Origin: a virus | Taxonomy: Duplodnaviria > Heunggongvirae > Uroviricota > Caudoviricetes | Direction: 5' to 3' (one strand) | Length of the DNA: 64,000 bases | Virus record (IMG/VR): IMGVR_UViG_3300039208_000295 | In this document: positions 6,902-15,644 of the stretch, piece by piece | Layout of the letters: every line of letters starts with the position of its first letter | How positions within the stretch are numbered: position 1 is the first letter of the stretch | Made by a program: the position numbers and the translations under genes | Notes under the pieces: generated by a model | Databases searched by the model: none | What the model was told of the DNA's origin: nothing | Seen by the model: only the letters and a program-made list of their open reading frames with translations

Positions 6902-6976
6902 GCGTCCGTGGCCAAATTGGACTAAGGCATCCGGCTACGAACCGGAAGATTGTAGGTTCAAGTCCTACCGGGCGTA
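6902..6976 (+). tRNA. tRNA-Arg (anticodon ACG)
   Basis: Acceptor gcgtccg pairs with cgggcgt. Anticodon arm tccgg-ctacgaa-ccgga. T-arm gtagg-ttcaagt-cctac. Discriminator A, with CCA encoded. Confidence 0.65.
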
Positions 6977-6994
6977 CCAATTCACTTTGTAAAT

Positions 6995-7234
6995 ATGAAT
7001 ACTTGTGACGTTTGTGAGAAACAAACCACAAATATGCGTACATGTAACGTATGTCTAAGATATGACGAAATATATGAACGCATTCAGGATGTAAGCCTAA
7101 TTCGTAAACGCCTGGCATACATGATGCGATTTTTGCGAGACCTTGAAAAAGGTCGAGCAATGGGTTCTATCGATCAAACTAAAACTGAAATTAGAGTACT
7201 ACGCTGGGTATTAAATAATGAGCAACAAGCCTGA
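6995..7234 (+). CDS. Small zinc-finger protein
   Basis: CDVCEK...CNVC pairs. 79 aa. Confidence 0.4.
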   Translation: MNTCDVCEKQTTNMRTCNVCLRYDEIYERIQDVSLIRKRLAYMMRFLRDLEKGRAMGSIDQTKTEIRVLRWVLNNEQQA

Positions 7235-7688
7235 TTCTCCGTTGGTAACAGTCGATATTGTTATCCTGCTTAGACATGAGTCGCAACGTAGATGTGTACT
7301 GGTAAAACGTAAGAATGAGCCTCACGGATGGGCTCTTCCTGGTGGCGTAATTGACCCCGGCGAATCAGGAATTGCTGCCGCTATTCGAGAGACTGAAGAA
7401 GAAACGGGATGTCGTCTTGCCAATGTGAGGCAATTTCATACTTACACAGATCCGAAACGTGATCCTCGCGGGCCTGCGGTATCAATCGTTTATACGGCCG
7501 AAACTATCGATACACCAGTTGCAAATGATGACGCAGCAGCGATTGGATATTTTGACTTTACGAGCATGCAGGCATATAGCAATGTTCATAATGCTCTTGA
7601 ACATAAAGAGCTTTGTTTTGACCATCCTCAAATTTTGATGGACATCAATCATTTCTATCTGACCCAAGAACGTCCGACTCGTGAGTGA
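7218..7688 (+). CDS. Nudix hydrolase
   Basis: Nudix box GGVIDPGESGIAAAIRETEEETG. Confidence 0.8.
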   Translation: MSNKPDSPLVTVDIVILLRHESQRRCVLVKRKNEPHGWALPGGVIDPGESGIAAAIRETEEETGCRLANVRQFHTYTDPKRDPRGPAVSIVYTAETIDTPVANDDAAAIGYFDFTSMQAYSNVHNALEHKELCFDHPQILMDINHFYLTQERPTRE

Positions 7689-8100
7689 AAAGCTTCATAT
7701 TTTGATTCTGGAAGATGATCCGGAACGTATTCAAATATTCCGGCGTAAGATCCGTGGTGTCAATTTTCAAATTGATTACGCGGAAACTGCTGAAGAAGCT
7801 ATTCGTCTTTGGGAAGCTAGAAACTACGACGTAGTATTTCTAGATCACGATTTGGGTGGTGAATGTTACGTAGACACTAGTCATAAAAACACTGGTAGTG
7901 AAGTTGTTCGCTGGGCTATCACTCGCCAACAAACGTTTCCCCTAGACCAGCCTTATATTATTATTCATTCTCTTAATACACCCGCCGCACAGGACATGGA
8001 AGATAGATTAAAGCGTGATGGTTTTGAGAATGTACATCGTATTCCATTTACTAATCTCATGAGAGATTATCTAGACGATCCGAGTTTTCTATCATGTTAG
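7681..8100 (+). CDS. Stand-alone response-regulator receiver (REC) domain protein
   Basis: ILILEDD near the N-terminus and DVVFLDHDLGG, the phospho-acceptor Asp region. GTG start overlaps the Nudix stop. Confidence 0.6.
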   Translation: MSEKLHILILEDDPERIQIFRRKIRGVNFQIDYAETAEEAIRLWEARNYDVVFLDHDLGGECYVDTSHKNTGSEVVRWAITRQQTFPLDQPYIIIHSLNTPAAQDMEDRLKRDGFENVHRIPFTNLMRDYLDDPSFLSC

Positions 8101-9551
8101 ACCTTCAAAAAATCAATTTGCTGGCATACGGCACTGACAGTTATAAGGTTTCCCACTGGAATTTCTACCCAGAGGGAACTACTCTCGTTTATTCTTACGG
8201 TGAACCGCGTAACGGCGGCATGTTTCCCAACGTTACATTTTTCGGTCTCCAATATATTCTAACCCACCTTGAAGGTGAGTTTGTAACTACCGAACGCATT
8301 GACGAAGCCGAGCGGGTTGCTGAAGACCATATTGGTCCCTACGTATTCAATCGTGCTGGTTGGGAGTACATCCGCGACAACTTTAATGGACGTATTCCGC
8401 TTCGCATTCGTGCTCTCCCCGAAGGCATGACTATTCCCGAAAGCAATTGTCTATTTACGGTAGAAAATCTTGGGGGCGAAGCCACCAAGTGGCTTACTAA
8501 CTGGTTTGAAACCATTATCTCGCACGCTTGGTATCCTACGACTGTAATGACTTCTAGTCGCGAAATTCGTAAAGTGATTTTGAAATACCTTGAAAAGACA
8601 GGCGACCCTGCTGGGTTGCCGTTCAAGATTCACGATTTCGGTATGCGTGGTGTATCTTGCCTAGAACAGGCTGCCATTGGTGGCGGTGCCCACCTTGCTA
8701 CGGGTGCCATGGGCACCGACACCATGATTGCTTTGTGGTGGTTAAAGGAATACTATGGTGCCAATGAAATGCCGGCATTTAGTATTCGTGCAACTGAACA
8801 CTCTATCATGACCGCGAGAGGCGAAGAAGGCGAGGCCGACGTGGTTCGTCAAGTGCTCGATAACACCCCGAGCGACCAAATGGTCGCCATGGTTGGTGAT
8901 TCGTATGATATGCTTCGATTCGTACGAGAGATTTTGGCTTTGCCCGACATTAAGGCTCGTATCGAAGCCCGCACGGCACCTGTTGTGGTCCGTCCCGATT
9001 CTGGAACTCTACCCAAAATTGATGTAGATGTTTACTGGGCACTGGTTGACGTGTTTGGTGATTCTATTAATGACAAGGGCTACAGCGTTCTTGCACCTTG
9101 TGTCGCAATGATTCAAGGCGATGGTATTAAGTGGAACCGAGTTCAATGTACTTCTGGTCCTGCTTATGTTCACACTGTAGAAATTATTCTTGAAGCTTTC
9201 GAACGTCAGGGTATCTCTGCTGATAATATCGCTTTCGGTAGTGGTGGTGGATTACTGCAACAATTCGACCGTGACTCGCAACGTTTCGCTATCAAGTGCT
9301 CTTATGCTGAGCGTGATGGTAAAGGGTTTGACATCTACAAACGACCGGCAACTGATCCCACTAAGAATTCGAAGCGTGGTCGCCTTGCCGTAGTGCCCTG
9401 CGTTGAGAAGGAATTTGTAACTGTATCGGAAGCAGAGGGTGCAGAACTTTGCCTGATGCATACCGTATTTGAAACTGGAGAACGTCAAAATCTTACTACC
9501 CTAAACGAGGTTCGTGAACGTGCAGCACTCCGTGTCAATGCAAGCGTTTAG
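8094..9551 (+). CDS. nadV: Nicotinamide phosphoribosyltransferase (NAMPT / NadV)
   Basis: 485-aa ORF with NAMPT-family signature stretches: GTDSYKVSHW, FGMRGVS, RPDSG. Confidence 0.8.
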   Translation: MLDLQKINLLAYGTDSYKVSHWNFYPEGTTLVYSYGEPRNGGMFPNVTFFGLQYILTHLEGEFVTTERIDEAERVAEDHIGPYVFNRAGWEYIRDNFNGRIPLRIRALPEGMTIPESNCLFTVENLGGEATKWLTNWFETIISHAWYPTTVMTSSREIRKVILKYLEKTGDPAGLPFKIHDFGMRGVSCLEQAAIGGGAHLATGAMGTDTMIALWWLKEYYGANEMPAFSIRATEHSIMTARGEEGEADVVRQVLDNTPSDQMVAMVGDSYDMLRFVREILALPDIKARIEARTAPVVVRPDSGTLPKIDVDVYWALVDVFGDSINDKGYSVLAPCVAMIQGDGIKWNRVQCTSGPAYVHTVEIILEAFERQGISADNIAFGSGGGLLQQFDRDSQRFAIKCSYAERDGKGFDIYKRPATDPTKNSKRGRLAVVPCVEKEFVTVSEAEGAELCLMHTVFETGERQNLTTLNEVRERAALRVNASV

Positions 9552-10695
9552 AGAAGCACTAAATAAATCCAACTGGGCGGGGTTTATTTTTGAGGCTGGT
9601 ATTGGTCTTGAATTCTCTGCACAAATGGTGACGGGTGACGGGGCGTCAAAAAATATCCTTGGTGTCGAATGTGATTACGCTGCTATTAACGTAAGATCTG
9701 GTGTCAAAGCGGTTTCTTTAGAAAACGTCAAAGAGCAATCACAAAGGGCCTTCAATAAGGCACGTCAAGTGATTAGTCAAGGACTTATCGATCCTAGGCA
9801 CGGACCAAATCCTGATGCAAAACCTTTTGGACTAGTTATTTCTGGTCGACATAACCATGAAGCGTCTCACGCTTGGATTGCACTTACTACACCTGATTGG
9901 ACTGCTCATATGCACCTACGTTTACCTGCTGGTGAACGAGACGAAGTTAGCAAGACTTTGGCAGAAAACGTAGAGTATTTTGTTGGTCACTGTCTTTTCC
10001 CAAGGGCACCGTGGAGCACTCTTGTTAATCGTGGGCATCATGTGGGTGTAGATGTTATTCAGGCTCCTGGCTTGAGTGAAATTGAGCATCTAATGCTTCT
10101 TGGGTCTCAAAATCCACTAGTTTATCATCATGGACAGTTTCAAAGAGTAGAAGATTACCTGCGACAAACTAGCGTAATTTTCCCTGGCTCTTTTAATCCG
10201 CCTACTGCCAAGCATCTCAAGCCTAACCATGTGCTGTATGAAATTACACAAACACATTGTTATAAAGGCAGCCTTTCTTTACTGGATCTTTATCATCGCA
10301 TGAAAATGCTGGATGCTGCTGGTAAACCCGTGCTACTAACTAGCTCTCCCCGTTTTATCGACAAAGACGAAATTCTACGCAGTTTAGTTAATCAAGATTA
10401 CACTTATCTCATTGGTGCGGATGCTTGGAATGCAACGATTGCCCATCATCAATATCCGAATGAAGAGTGGCTTGGAAATAAATTAAAGGGATCACGTTTT
10501 AGGATTCAACCCAGACCCGGTGTGGAAATTTCCGAGAATCAGGTTGCCAGACACTTGAGTCATGTTATAATCGATGGCGACAACGACGAACACAACAGTA
10601 CGGCTGTTCGTACGTCAGACAATCCGAGTAGTCACCCCTTCCTTACTGACGAAGTGGCAGACTACATTCGTAGAATGGGATTATATCAATCATAA
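9514..10695 (+). CDS. Nicotinamide-nucleotide adenylyltransferase-like protein with an uncharacterised N-terminal domain
   Basis: C-terminal half carries the nucleotidyltransferase motif VIFPGSFNPPTAKHL (G-x-F-x-P-x-T/H-x-x-H). Adjacent to NAMPT, as in known phage NAD salvage pairs. Confidence 0.55.
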   Translation: MNVQHSVSMQAFREALNKSNWAGFIFEAGIGLEFSAQMVTGDGASKNILGVECDYAAINVRSGVKAVSLENVKEQSQRAFNKARQVISQGLIDPRHGPNPDAKPFGLVISGRHNHEASHAWIALTTPDWTAHMHLRLPAGERDEVSKTLAENVEYFVGHCLFPRAPWSTLVNRGHHVGVDVIQAPGLSEIEHLMLLGSQNPLVYHHGQFQRVEDYLRQTSVIFPGSFNPPTAKHLKPNHVLYEITQTHCYKGSLSLLDLYHRMKMLDAAGKPVLLTSSPRFIDKDEILRSLVNQDYTYLIGADAWNATIAHHQYPNEEWLGNKLKGSRFRIQPRPGVEISENQVARHLSHVIIDGDNDEHNSTAVRTSDNPSSHPFLTDEVADYIRRMGLYQS

Positions 10696-10697
10696 AC

Positions 10698-10770
10698 GCC
10701 CTTATCGTATAATGGCTTATTACTCCGGTTTTGTAATCCGGCAATGTGGGTTCGATTCCTACTAGGGGCT
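10698..10770 (+). tRNA. tRNA-Thr (anticodon UGU)
   Basis: Acceptor gccctta pairs with taggggc. D-arm gta-taatggcttat-tac. Anticodon loop tttgtaa. T-arm gtggg-ttcgatt-cctac. Discriminator U, with CCA encoded. Confidence 0.6.
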
Positions 10771-10964
10771 CCAATACACGAGGAAGTTATGTTCTCTATT
10801 CCGGCAATGATCAATTCGGTGTGGTGCTTTTTCAGACTTCACAGTTATAATAACTGGAAAACGGTTGGTGTGTCTGGTGCGACTAAGCGTAAGCCTCGTC
10901 GATACCAACAAACCAGAACTTGCGTTTGTTGTCTAAAAAAGCAGGAACGCTGGATCTAATACAG

Positions 10965-11036
10965 GGGCCATTAGTTCACTGGCTAGAATATCGGCCTGTC
11001 GAGCCGAAGAAGAGGGATCGATACCCTCATGGCCCG
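10965..11036 (+). tRNA. tRNA-Asp (anticodon GUC)
   Basis: Acceptor gggccat pairs with atggccc. Anticodon arm tcggc-ctgtcga-gccga. T-arm gaggg-atcgata-ccctc. Discriminator G, with CCA encoded. Confidence 0.65.
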
Positions 11037-11040
11037 CCAA

Positions 11041-11114
11041 GGCTGAGTAGCTCAGACGGTAAGAGCACCCGGTTGAAGCCCGGGAGGTCGTAAGCTCGAA
11101 ACTTACCTCAGCCA
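11041..11114 (+). tRNA. tRNA-Phe (anticodon GAA)
   Basis: Acceptor ggctgag pairs with ctcagcc. D-arm gctc-agacggtaa-gagc. Anticodon arm cccgg-ttgaagc-ccggg. Discriminator A, with CCA encoded. Confidence 0.7.
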
Positions 11115-11125
11115 CCAAAACATAA

Positions 11126-11225
11126 GTAGAATGAGTCTACGGCAGTTCGACTCTGTAAGTGGCAACAGCTAGGCGAATAGGTTGGGGTTGATCGCCCCTC
11201 CCGGTTCGAATCCGGGCATTCTACT
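11126..11225 (+). ncRNA. Over-long (100-nt) tRNA-like element with internal insertions
   Basis: Acceptor gtagaat pairs with attctac. T-arm cccgg-ttcgaat-ccggg. About 30 extra nt lie between the D-region and the T-arm, including a gggg-ttgatcg-cccc hairpin and an internal gttcgact T-loop-like segment. No CCA. Confidence 0.3.
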
Positions 11226-11269
11226 TAGTACATTAATTAATAAAACTGAAAAAAAAGAAAGAATTAAAA

Positions 11270-11977
11270 ATGAAGAATCAGTGAAGAGGAAACGACACCG
11301 GAATCGTTGTCGAAATCCAGGCCGGTGAAGGTGGAGACGATTCAAAACTATTTGTTGACGACTTATTTTCTGCATACTTAAAATATGCGGAGACTAATAA
11401 TGCCAAGACAGAACTAGTCTATAAGTCGCACGGCAAAGTGGGCTTTAAAGTATTGGGAAATAAGGCTGCCAAGTTATTTAAACACGAAACCGGCAAGCAT
11501 GTAGTGCAACGGTGTCCGCCAACAGAGAATAAGGGAAGGCGGCATACCAGCACTATTACTGTTTCTATTCTTCCTATTCTTAGCTCATCTTCTTTTACTC
11601 TGAAAGAGCAAGATATTGAGACAAAAACCCAACGTGGCCATGGGCCTGGTGGACAACACCAGAATACAACCGATTCAGCCGTCCGTATGGTTCATAAACC
11701 CACGGATACAGTTGTTTTCATCAATGGGCGAGATCAGCATTCCAATAAGCGTTTAGCACGTCAAATTCTGGAAGCTAGAGTGGCCGAGAAAATCCGAGGC
11801 CGCCAAAACCGTGAACGATCTGAAAATAAACGAGAACAGGTTGACGGTGGCGGCCGAGGCAACAAAACTCGAACATACAATTTCCTTGACAGTCGAGTTG
11901 TAGACCATATACTTGGTACTCGCACGAGCAAGATCAAACAGGTCATGAAGGGCCGATTCGATTTACTCTGGAAATAA
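11270..11977 (+). CDS. Class-I release-factor homolog (RF1/RF2 domains 2-4 with GGQ), interrupted by an in-frame TGA at codon 5 (11282-11284). Either recoding or a pseudogene.
   Basis: ATG at 11270, then AAG AAT CAG TGA, continuing in the same frame. RGNDTGIVVEIQAGEGGDDSKLFVDDLF... matches RF1 E-I-R-A-G-T-G-G-D-E-A-A-L-F-A-G-D-L-F. KHETGKHVVQRCP matches E-S-G-G-H-R-V-Q-R-V-P. GHGPGGQHQNTTDSAVR is the GGQ motif. GGGRGNKTRTYNF matches the RF1 C-terminus. No in-frame ATG, GTG or TTG lies between the TGA and the GTG at 11438. Confidence 0.55.
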
Positions 11978-11978
11978 T

Positions 11979-12422
11979 ATGCAAACTTTTCTACCCTACG
12001 AAAGCATGGACATGTCTTTGGCGTGCCTTGATTATCGTCGTCTAGGCAAGCAACGCGTAGAGGCGTTTCAATTACTTTGTGCCAATGGGGACGAATGGGC
12101 ACTAGCCGAACGCACACGACGAACAGGTAAGACTACGCCGCCCGCAGGCTGGCGTAATCACCCCGCTGCCATTATGTGGCGTAATTATTCTGACGCTTTG
12201 CGTCGATATTACAATGTGTCAATTGCTCAATGGATCGAGCGAGGTTACAATAATACTATGCAATATGCACCGCATGTAGCCGACCCAAAAGTTCCCCATT
12301 GGATGGGTGACTCTACGTTTCATGCTTCGCATCGTAGTAACTTGCTTCGAAAAGATCCTGTTTATTATGGTAAATTTGGCTGGACCGAAGGACCAGACAT
12401 GGAGTATGTATGGCCCTCTTAA
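11979..12422 (+). CDS. Pyrimidine-dimer DNA glycosylase-like (Pyr_excise family) protein
   Basis: The N-terminus MQTFLPY...LDYRRLGKQRVEAFQLL recalls family members that begin M-x-x-F-x-P-Y...L-D-x-K-R-L-x-K-Q-R-x-E. Confidence 0.45.
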   Translation: MQTFLPYESMDMSLACLDYRRLGKQRVEAFQLLCANGDEWALAERTRRTGKTTPPAGWRNHPAAIMWRNYSDALRRYYNVSIAQWIERGYNNTMQYAPHVADPKVPHWMGDSTFHASHRSNLLRKDPVYYGKFGWTEGPDMEYVWPS

Positions 12423-12745
12423 TCTGGATTATGTTCGCCCATTTCATGGCGGACTTCATGTTTCAATGTGAGAAATTTCAATACCTTAAAAGTCAAAGCG
12501 TCTTTTGGTTGACAGCTCACGTTGTTACGTACACATTTGTTTTGTGGCTGTTTCTACTTCCAACTTCGCTGGGCTGGCAATTTGCATTATTTAATGGTGC
12601 ATTTCACTGGATGGTTGATGCGGTTACTAGCAAAATTACGTCTTACGCCTACAAACGTAAAAACATGTGGTTGTTCTGGCGAACCATTGGATTCGATCAG
12701 TTTCTACATATCGCGGCACTAATCTATTTTTCCGGGGTAGCCTAG
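12410..12745 (+). CDS. DUF3307-like membrane protein
   Basis: Hydrophobic 111-aa ORF (HFMADFMFQ...). The TAG stop lies inside tRNA-Gln. Confidence 0.5.
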   Translation: MALLIWIMFAHFMADFMFQCEKFQYLKSQSVFWLTAHVVTYTFVLWLFLLPTSLGWQFALFNGAFHWMVDAVTSKITSYAYKRKNMWLFWRTIGFDQFLHIAALIYFSGVA

Positions 12746-12803
12746 TGGACTAAGGCTATGGACTTTGACTCCATGATCGTGGGTTCGAATCCCACCCCCG
12801 GTG
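12731..12803 (+). tRNA. tRNA-Gln (anticodon UUG)
   Basis: Acceptor tccgggg pairs with ccccggt, with a U1-U72 mismatch. D-arm gcct-agtggacta-aggc. Anticodon arm atgga-ctttgac-tccat. T-arm gtggg-ttcgaat-cccac. Discriminator G, with CCA encoded. Confidence 0.6.
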
Positions 12804-13019
12804 CCAATTCATTATGATGTTTCGATCATTAGTTTGTTTTGAAGTCGAACGTGACGACTATTGGTATGTTTGTGTTCCCGGCTGGGGATTGCAAGCTTTA
12901 ATCGGTGTCATTACAACTGACTTACCTGACTTTATTCGTGAAAACATTCAGCCTGGATTTAGATGTTACGCTAAAATTAACCTTGGCGAAGAAGATCCCT
13001 TGAATGTTCGTTTTGAAAA

Positions 13020-13232
13020 TTGGGAATTGCCATGCAACTAGAAATTGGCTGGATTTGTGAAATTTGCTATCGAGCATTGCCGCTTATTGACCTACCTACT
13101 GATTGGGACTTGGTCTTTCAATCTGCGATTTGTCCCAAATGTCTTGAATACGCTAAAGAAAATGATATTCCGTTTTGCGATTTAGTGTGTGGAAGTCGTG
13201 CGTGTGGACCTGATCCTAGAGCAAAACGGTAG
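13020..13232 (+). CDS. Small Cys-rich (zinc-binding) protein
   Basis: CEICYR...CPKCLEY...CDLVCGSRAC. 70 aa. Confidence 0.4.
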   Translation: MGIAMQLEIGWICEICYRALPLIDLPTDWDLVFQSAICPKCLEYAKENDIPFCDLVCGSRACGPDPRAKR

Positions 13233-13310
13233 GTTGGCAGAGTGGTAATGCAGCGGATTGCTAATCCGTAGAGTCTTCGGGCTCCATAGGTTCGAATCCT
13301 ATACCTACCG
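13228..13310 (+). tRNA. tRNA-Ser (anticodon GCU), class II
   Basis: Acceptor ggtaggt pairs with acctacc. Anticodon arm gcgga-ttgctaa-tccgt. Long variable arm gagtc-ttcg-ggctc. T-arm atagg-ttcgaat-cctat. Discriminator G, with CCA encoded. Confidence 0.65.
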
Positions 13311-13443
13311 CCATGAATAAAGAAGAAATTATACTTCGTATTAAGAGAATCAACAAGCTACTTGCTTGGTGTTCTCCCAAACACACCGAATTTCGTAGGT
13401 CTCTCGTAAGAGACCGCAAACAACTTCAAAGAGATTTACAAAA

Positions 13444-13737
13444 ATGTCAGTAGTAACCGATTATTTTGGTAATGAAATTAGGCCGGGTGATATTGTGGCA
13501 TATGCCACTCGTCAATCTTCTACTACCACCATGCACCATGGCGAAGTAATTGCCGTAAACCAAAAACCTCACGCTTGGCGTGAAAACGAAACGGTCACCA
13601 CATTGCAAGTGAAGCATCTTGGGCTTGCTAATTGGGGTGATATGAAACCCTGCTTGACTTCTCGTCCTGTGACTATTTCCTGCATTAATCGCGTTATCAA
13701 TCTGACGGCTTATGCTGACTCCCACCAACGCTGCTAA
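13444..13737 (+). CDS. Hypothetical protein
   Basis: 97-aa ORF. Confidence 0.4.
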   Translation: MSVVTDYFGNEIRPGDIVAYATRQSSTTTMHHGEVIAVNQKPHAWRENETVTTLQVKHLGLANWGDMKPCLTSRPVTISCINRVINLTAYADSHQRC

Positions 13738-14212
13738 AATTACCGACCTAGCTTCCTGGAAGGAAGTAGTAGGAAAACGTTTTCGTCTTTCTAAAGAAGA
13801 AAAGGCTTGCGGTTTAACGCCTGAAAGGGCGTTGGCCGAGCGTGTTCGCGAGGCCCTACTAAGTCAGAAACCTCAAGAGGAAATTCCGCTTTCGTCTGGC
13901 GAGATTGTTATTCGGATTGTTCCTCAACGTGGGGTCGATTTGCAAGGACTTCGGTTGCCTGACGGAAGTTTTACAATCGAGCAAGACGACAAGTTCTACA
14001 ATTGGCTTGACACTCTTCTCACAGGACCGTATAATGAATTCGGTGCCACTGTCTTAATTAAGCACCTGATTCATGTGGGACATGGGGAACTCCTTACGTC
14101 TGTAAGTTTCCCTAGGGATGTTGCAGATTACGAAGGAATTGCGTATGAGAACGATGACGTGGATGGGGCTGGCCCTGCTATTGATGGGCCTGGCGGCTCC
14201 TCAGAGCAATAG
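13712..14212 (+). CDS. Hypothetical protein
   Basis: 166-aa ORF. Confidence 0.4.
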   Translation: MLTPTNAAKITDLASWKEVVGKRFRLSKEEKACGLTPERALAERVREALLSQKPQEEIPLSSGEIVIRIVPQRGVDLQGLRLPDGSFTIEQDDKFYNWLDTLLTGPYNEFGATVLIKHLIHVGHGELLTSVSFPRDVADYEGIAYENDDVDGAGPAIDGPGGSSEQ

Positions 14213-14555
14213 GTTGACAATCGATTATAGGCAACGCGGTAACGTTGTCGAATGGTCTGGGGGAACCCAAATCAAGGTCCCTACGGGTCCGCATATTCTG
14301 CGTGCTAAAGTAGGTGGTCGACTAGTTGGCGGACCCGTAAAGTTTTGCTGGCGACGTGTTCGCGACGGAGCGTTAGTCGGCACGCAAGGCACGTTTAACG
14401 GATGTGATTCTGGTACAGTAAGCGTTTCTCCCACGCTTGTAGAAATTTCTGGACCTGTAGTTCTAGAATTGGTCGTATGGGGTGAGTACGAAAAGTTTAT
14501 GATGCATCCAAGTATGACGTATGGGCTTATGGAGGCTACAAATGACCCCCGGTAG
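14145..14555 (+). CDS. Hypothetical secreted protein
   Basis: Signal-peptide-like MTWMGLALLLMGLAAP. Start chosen at the internal Met. Confidence 0.35.
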   Translation: MRTMTWMGLALLLMGLAAPQSNRLTIDYRQRGNVVEWSGGTQIKVPTGPHILRAKVGGRLVGGPVKFCWRRVRDGALVGTQGTFNGCDSGTVSVSPTLVEISGPVVLELVVWGEYEKFMMHPSMTYGLMEATNDPR

Positions 14556-14733
14556 AGTAATTAAGAAAGATAGTTGGTACGACGATCCTCAATATAGTGA
14601 CAAAAACGACGCTCATCTCCAGCCCAATATGAGTTGGGGTGAATGGGGACGTGAGTGGCTTAAAACATTTATTATTGCAGTTCCAATTGTTGCTGGTATT
14701 ATTATTTTTGCATGGTTTATGAGCAATGCTTAG
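14521..14733 (+). CDS. Small membrane protein
   Basis: C-terminal TM segment IIAVPIVAGIIIFAWF. Confidence 0.4.
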   Translation: MGLWRLQMTPGRVIKKDSWYDDPQYSDKNDAHLQPNMSWGEWGREWLKTFIIAVPIVAGIIIFAWFMSNA

Positions 14734-14950
14734 TTACTTTGAATTCCAAGGTATCGTAGCGGCTTTCGAAAAAGAAATCCAGCGTACAAACGATGAAGCT
14801 AACAGAGCACGTAAAGCTTCACAACAAAAAGACAGTAATCCCAATTATGTATCCTCCATGCAAAACGAGGCTCGTAGTTGCGAAGCCTACGCTCGTGCTC
14901 TTCAGTGGGGATTGCGACAAGTAAAGAAATTGTCGCACCAAGAAAGATAA
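14726..14950 (+). CDS. Hypothetical protein
   Basis: 74-aa ORF. Confidence 0.4.
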   Translation: MLSYFEFQGIVAAFEKEIQRTNDEANRARKASQQKDSNPNYVSSMQNEARSCEAYARALQWGLRQVKKLSHQER

Positions 14951-15040
14951 GGAAGGCGTCCGGCTGGACGAGGAACTAGTCTTGAAAACTAGCAGGGCTG
15001 TGGCGACATGGCCTTTAGGGTTCGAGTCCCTAGCCTTCCT
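14951..15040 (+). tRNA. tRNA-Ser (anticodon UGA), class II
   Basis: Acceptor ggaaggc pairs with gccttcc. Anticodon arm ctagt-cttgaaa-actag. About 20-nt variable arm. T-arm taggg-ttcgagt-cccta. Discriminator U, with CCA encoded. The D-arm is irregular. Confidence 0.55.
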
Positions 15041-15058
15041 CCAATTTCATATAATATT

Positions 15059-15334
15059 ATGCAATTAAAAAACAGAACTCTTGCTATTGCTACACTTGTT
15101 ACCATCGCATCAATCTTTCTAATTTTCGTTGCATTGCAACTTAATAAGATGCGAGTCGCTACTGAGCGAGTTACTGACACCATTCAAGAGGTCGGTGGAG
15201 TAGCCACAGATACTCTCGAACAAGTTACCGATCATGTCGATGCGGCCGAGCTTGGTAGTGGTCTTACCGAGGGAGCTAAACAGATCGGAGCAAAGTTTAG
15301 GGACAAAGTTCTTGACAAGATCGATGAACGGTGA
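15059..15334 (+). CDS. Small membrane protein
   Basis: Internal ATG (MQLKNRTLAIATLVTIASIFLIFVALQL) downstream of the tRNA. Confidence 0.4.
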   Translation: MQLKNRTLAIATLVTIASIFLIFVALQLNKMRVATERVTDTIQEVGGVATDTLEQVTDHVDAAELGSGLTEGAKQIGAKFRDKVLDKIDER

Positions 15335-15644
15335 TAAACCTTATCTACTCTGTGTTGGATGCGGAGCACTAGGATGGTCTGGTGAGCATTTTCAGCACAA
15401 TAAGAATTGCTCAGAATATAAAGAAGGTAAGGTTGTAGGTGGTCTAACTATTTACAAGATTCGCAAAAAGAGTACTGGCGAATTTAAAAATAAGACTACC
15501 GGATTTTCCAAAAAAGGCGGCCAAACTTATCGATCAAAAGGGTCTGCCATGTCTGCTATGAAGAGTTCGAGAGGATATCATGAAAATCCCGGCGACTACG
15601 AAGTAGTAGAGTTAGTAACGCAAGAAATTAGGACTTACAAATGA
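15324..15644 (+). CDS. Hypothetical basic protein
   Basis: MNGDKPYLLCVGCGALGW... Cys-containing, Lys-rich. Confidence 0.4.
   Translation: MNGDKPYLLCVGCGALGWSGEHFQHNKNCSEYKEGKVVGGLTIYKIRKKSTGEFKNKTTGFSKKGGQTYRSKGSAMSAMKSSRGYHENPGDYEVVELVTQEIRTYK

Noticed and set aside
10574-11375. Small ORFs 10574..10765, 10744..10959, 10933..11118(-), 11169..11375(-)
   Set aside because: They overlap the Thr, Asp and Phe tRNAs and the long tRNA-like element. They are most likely spurious.
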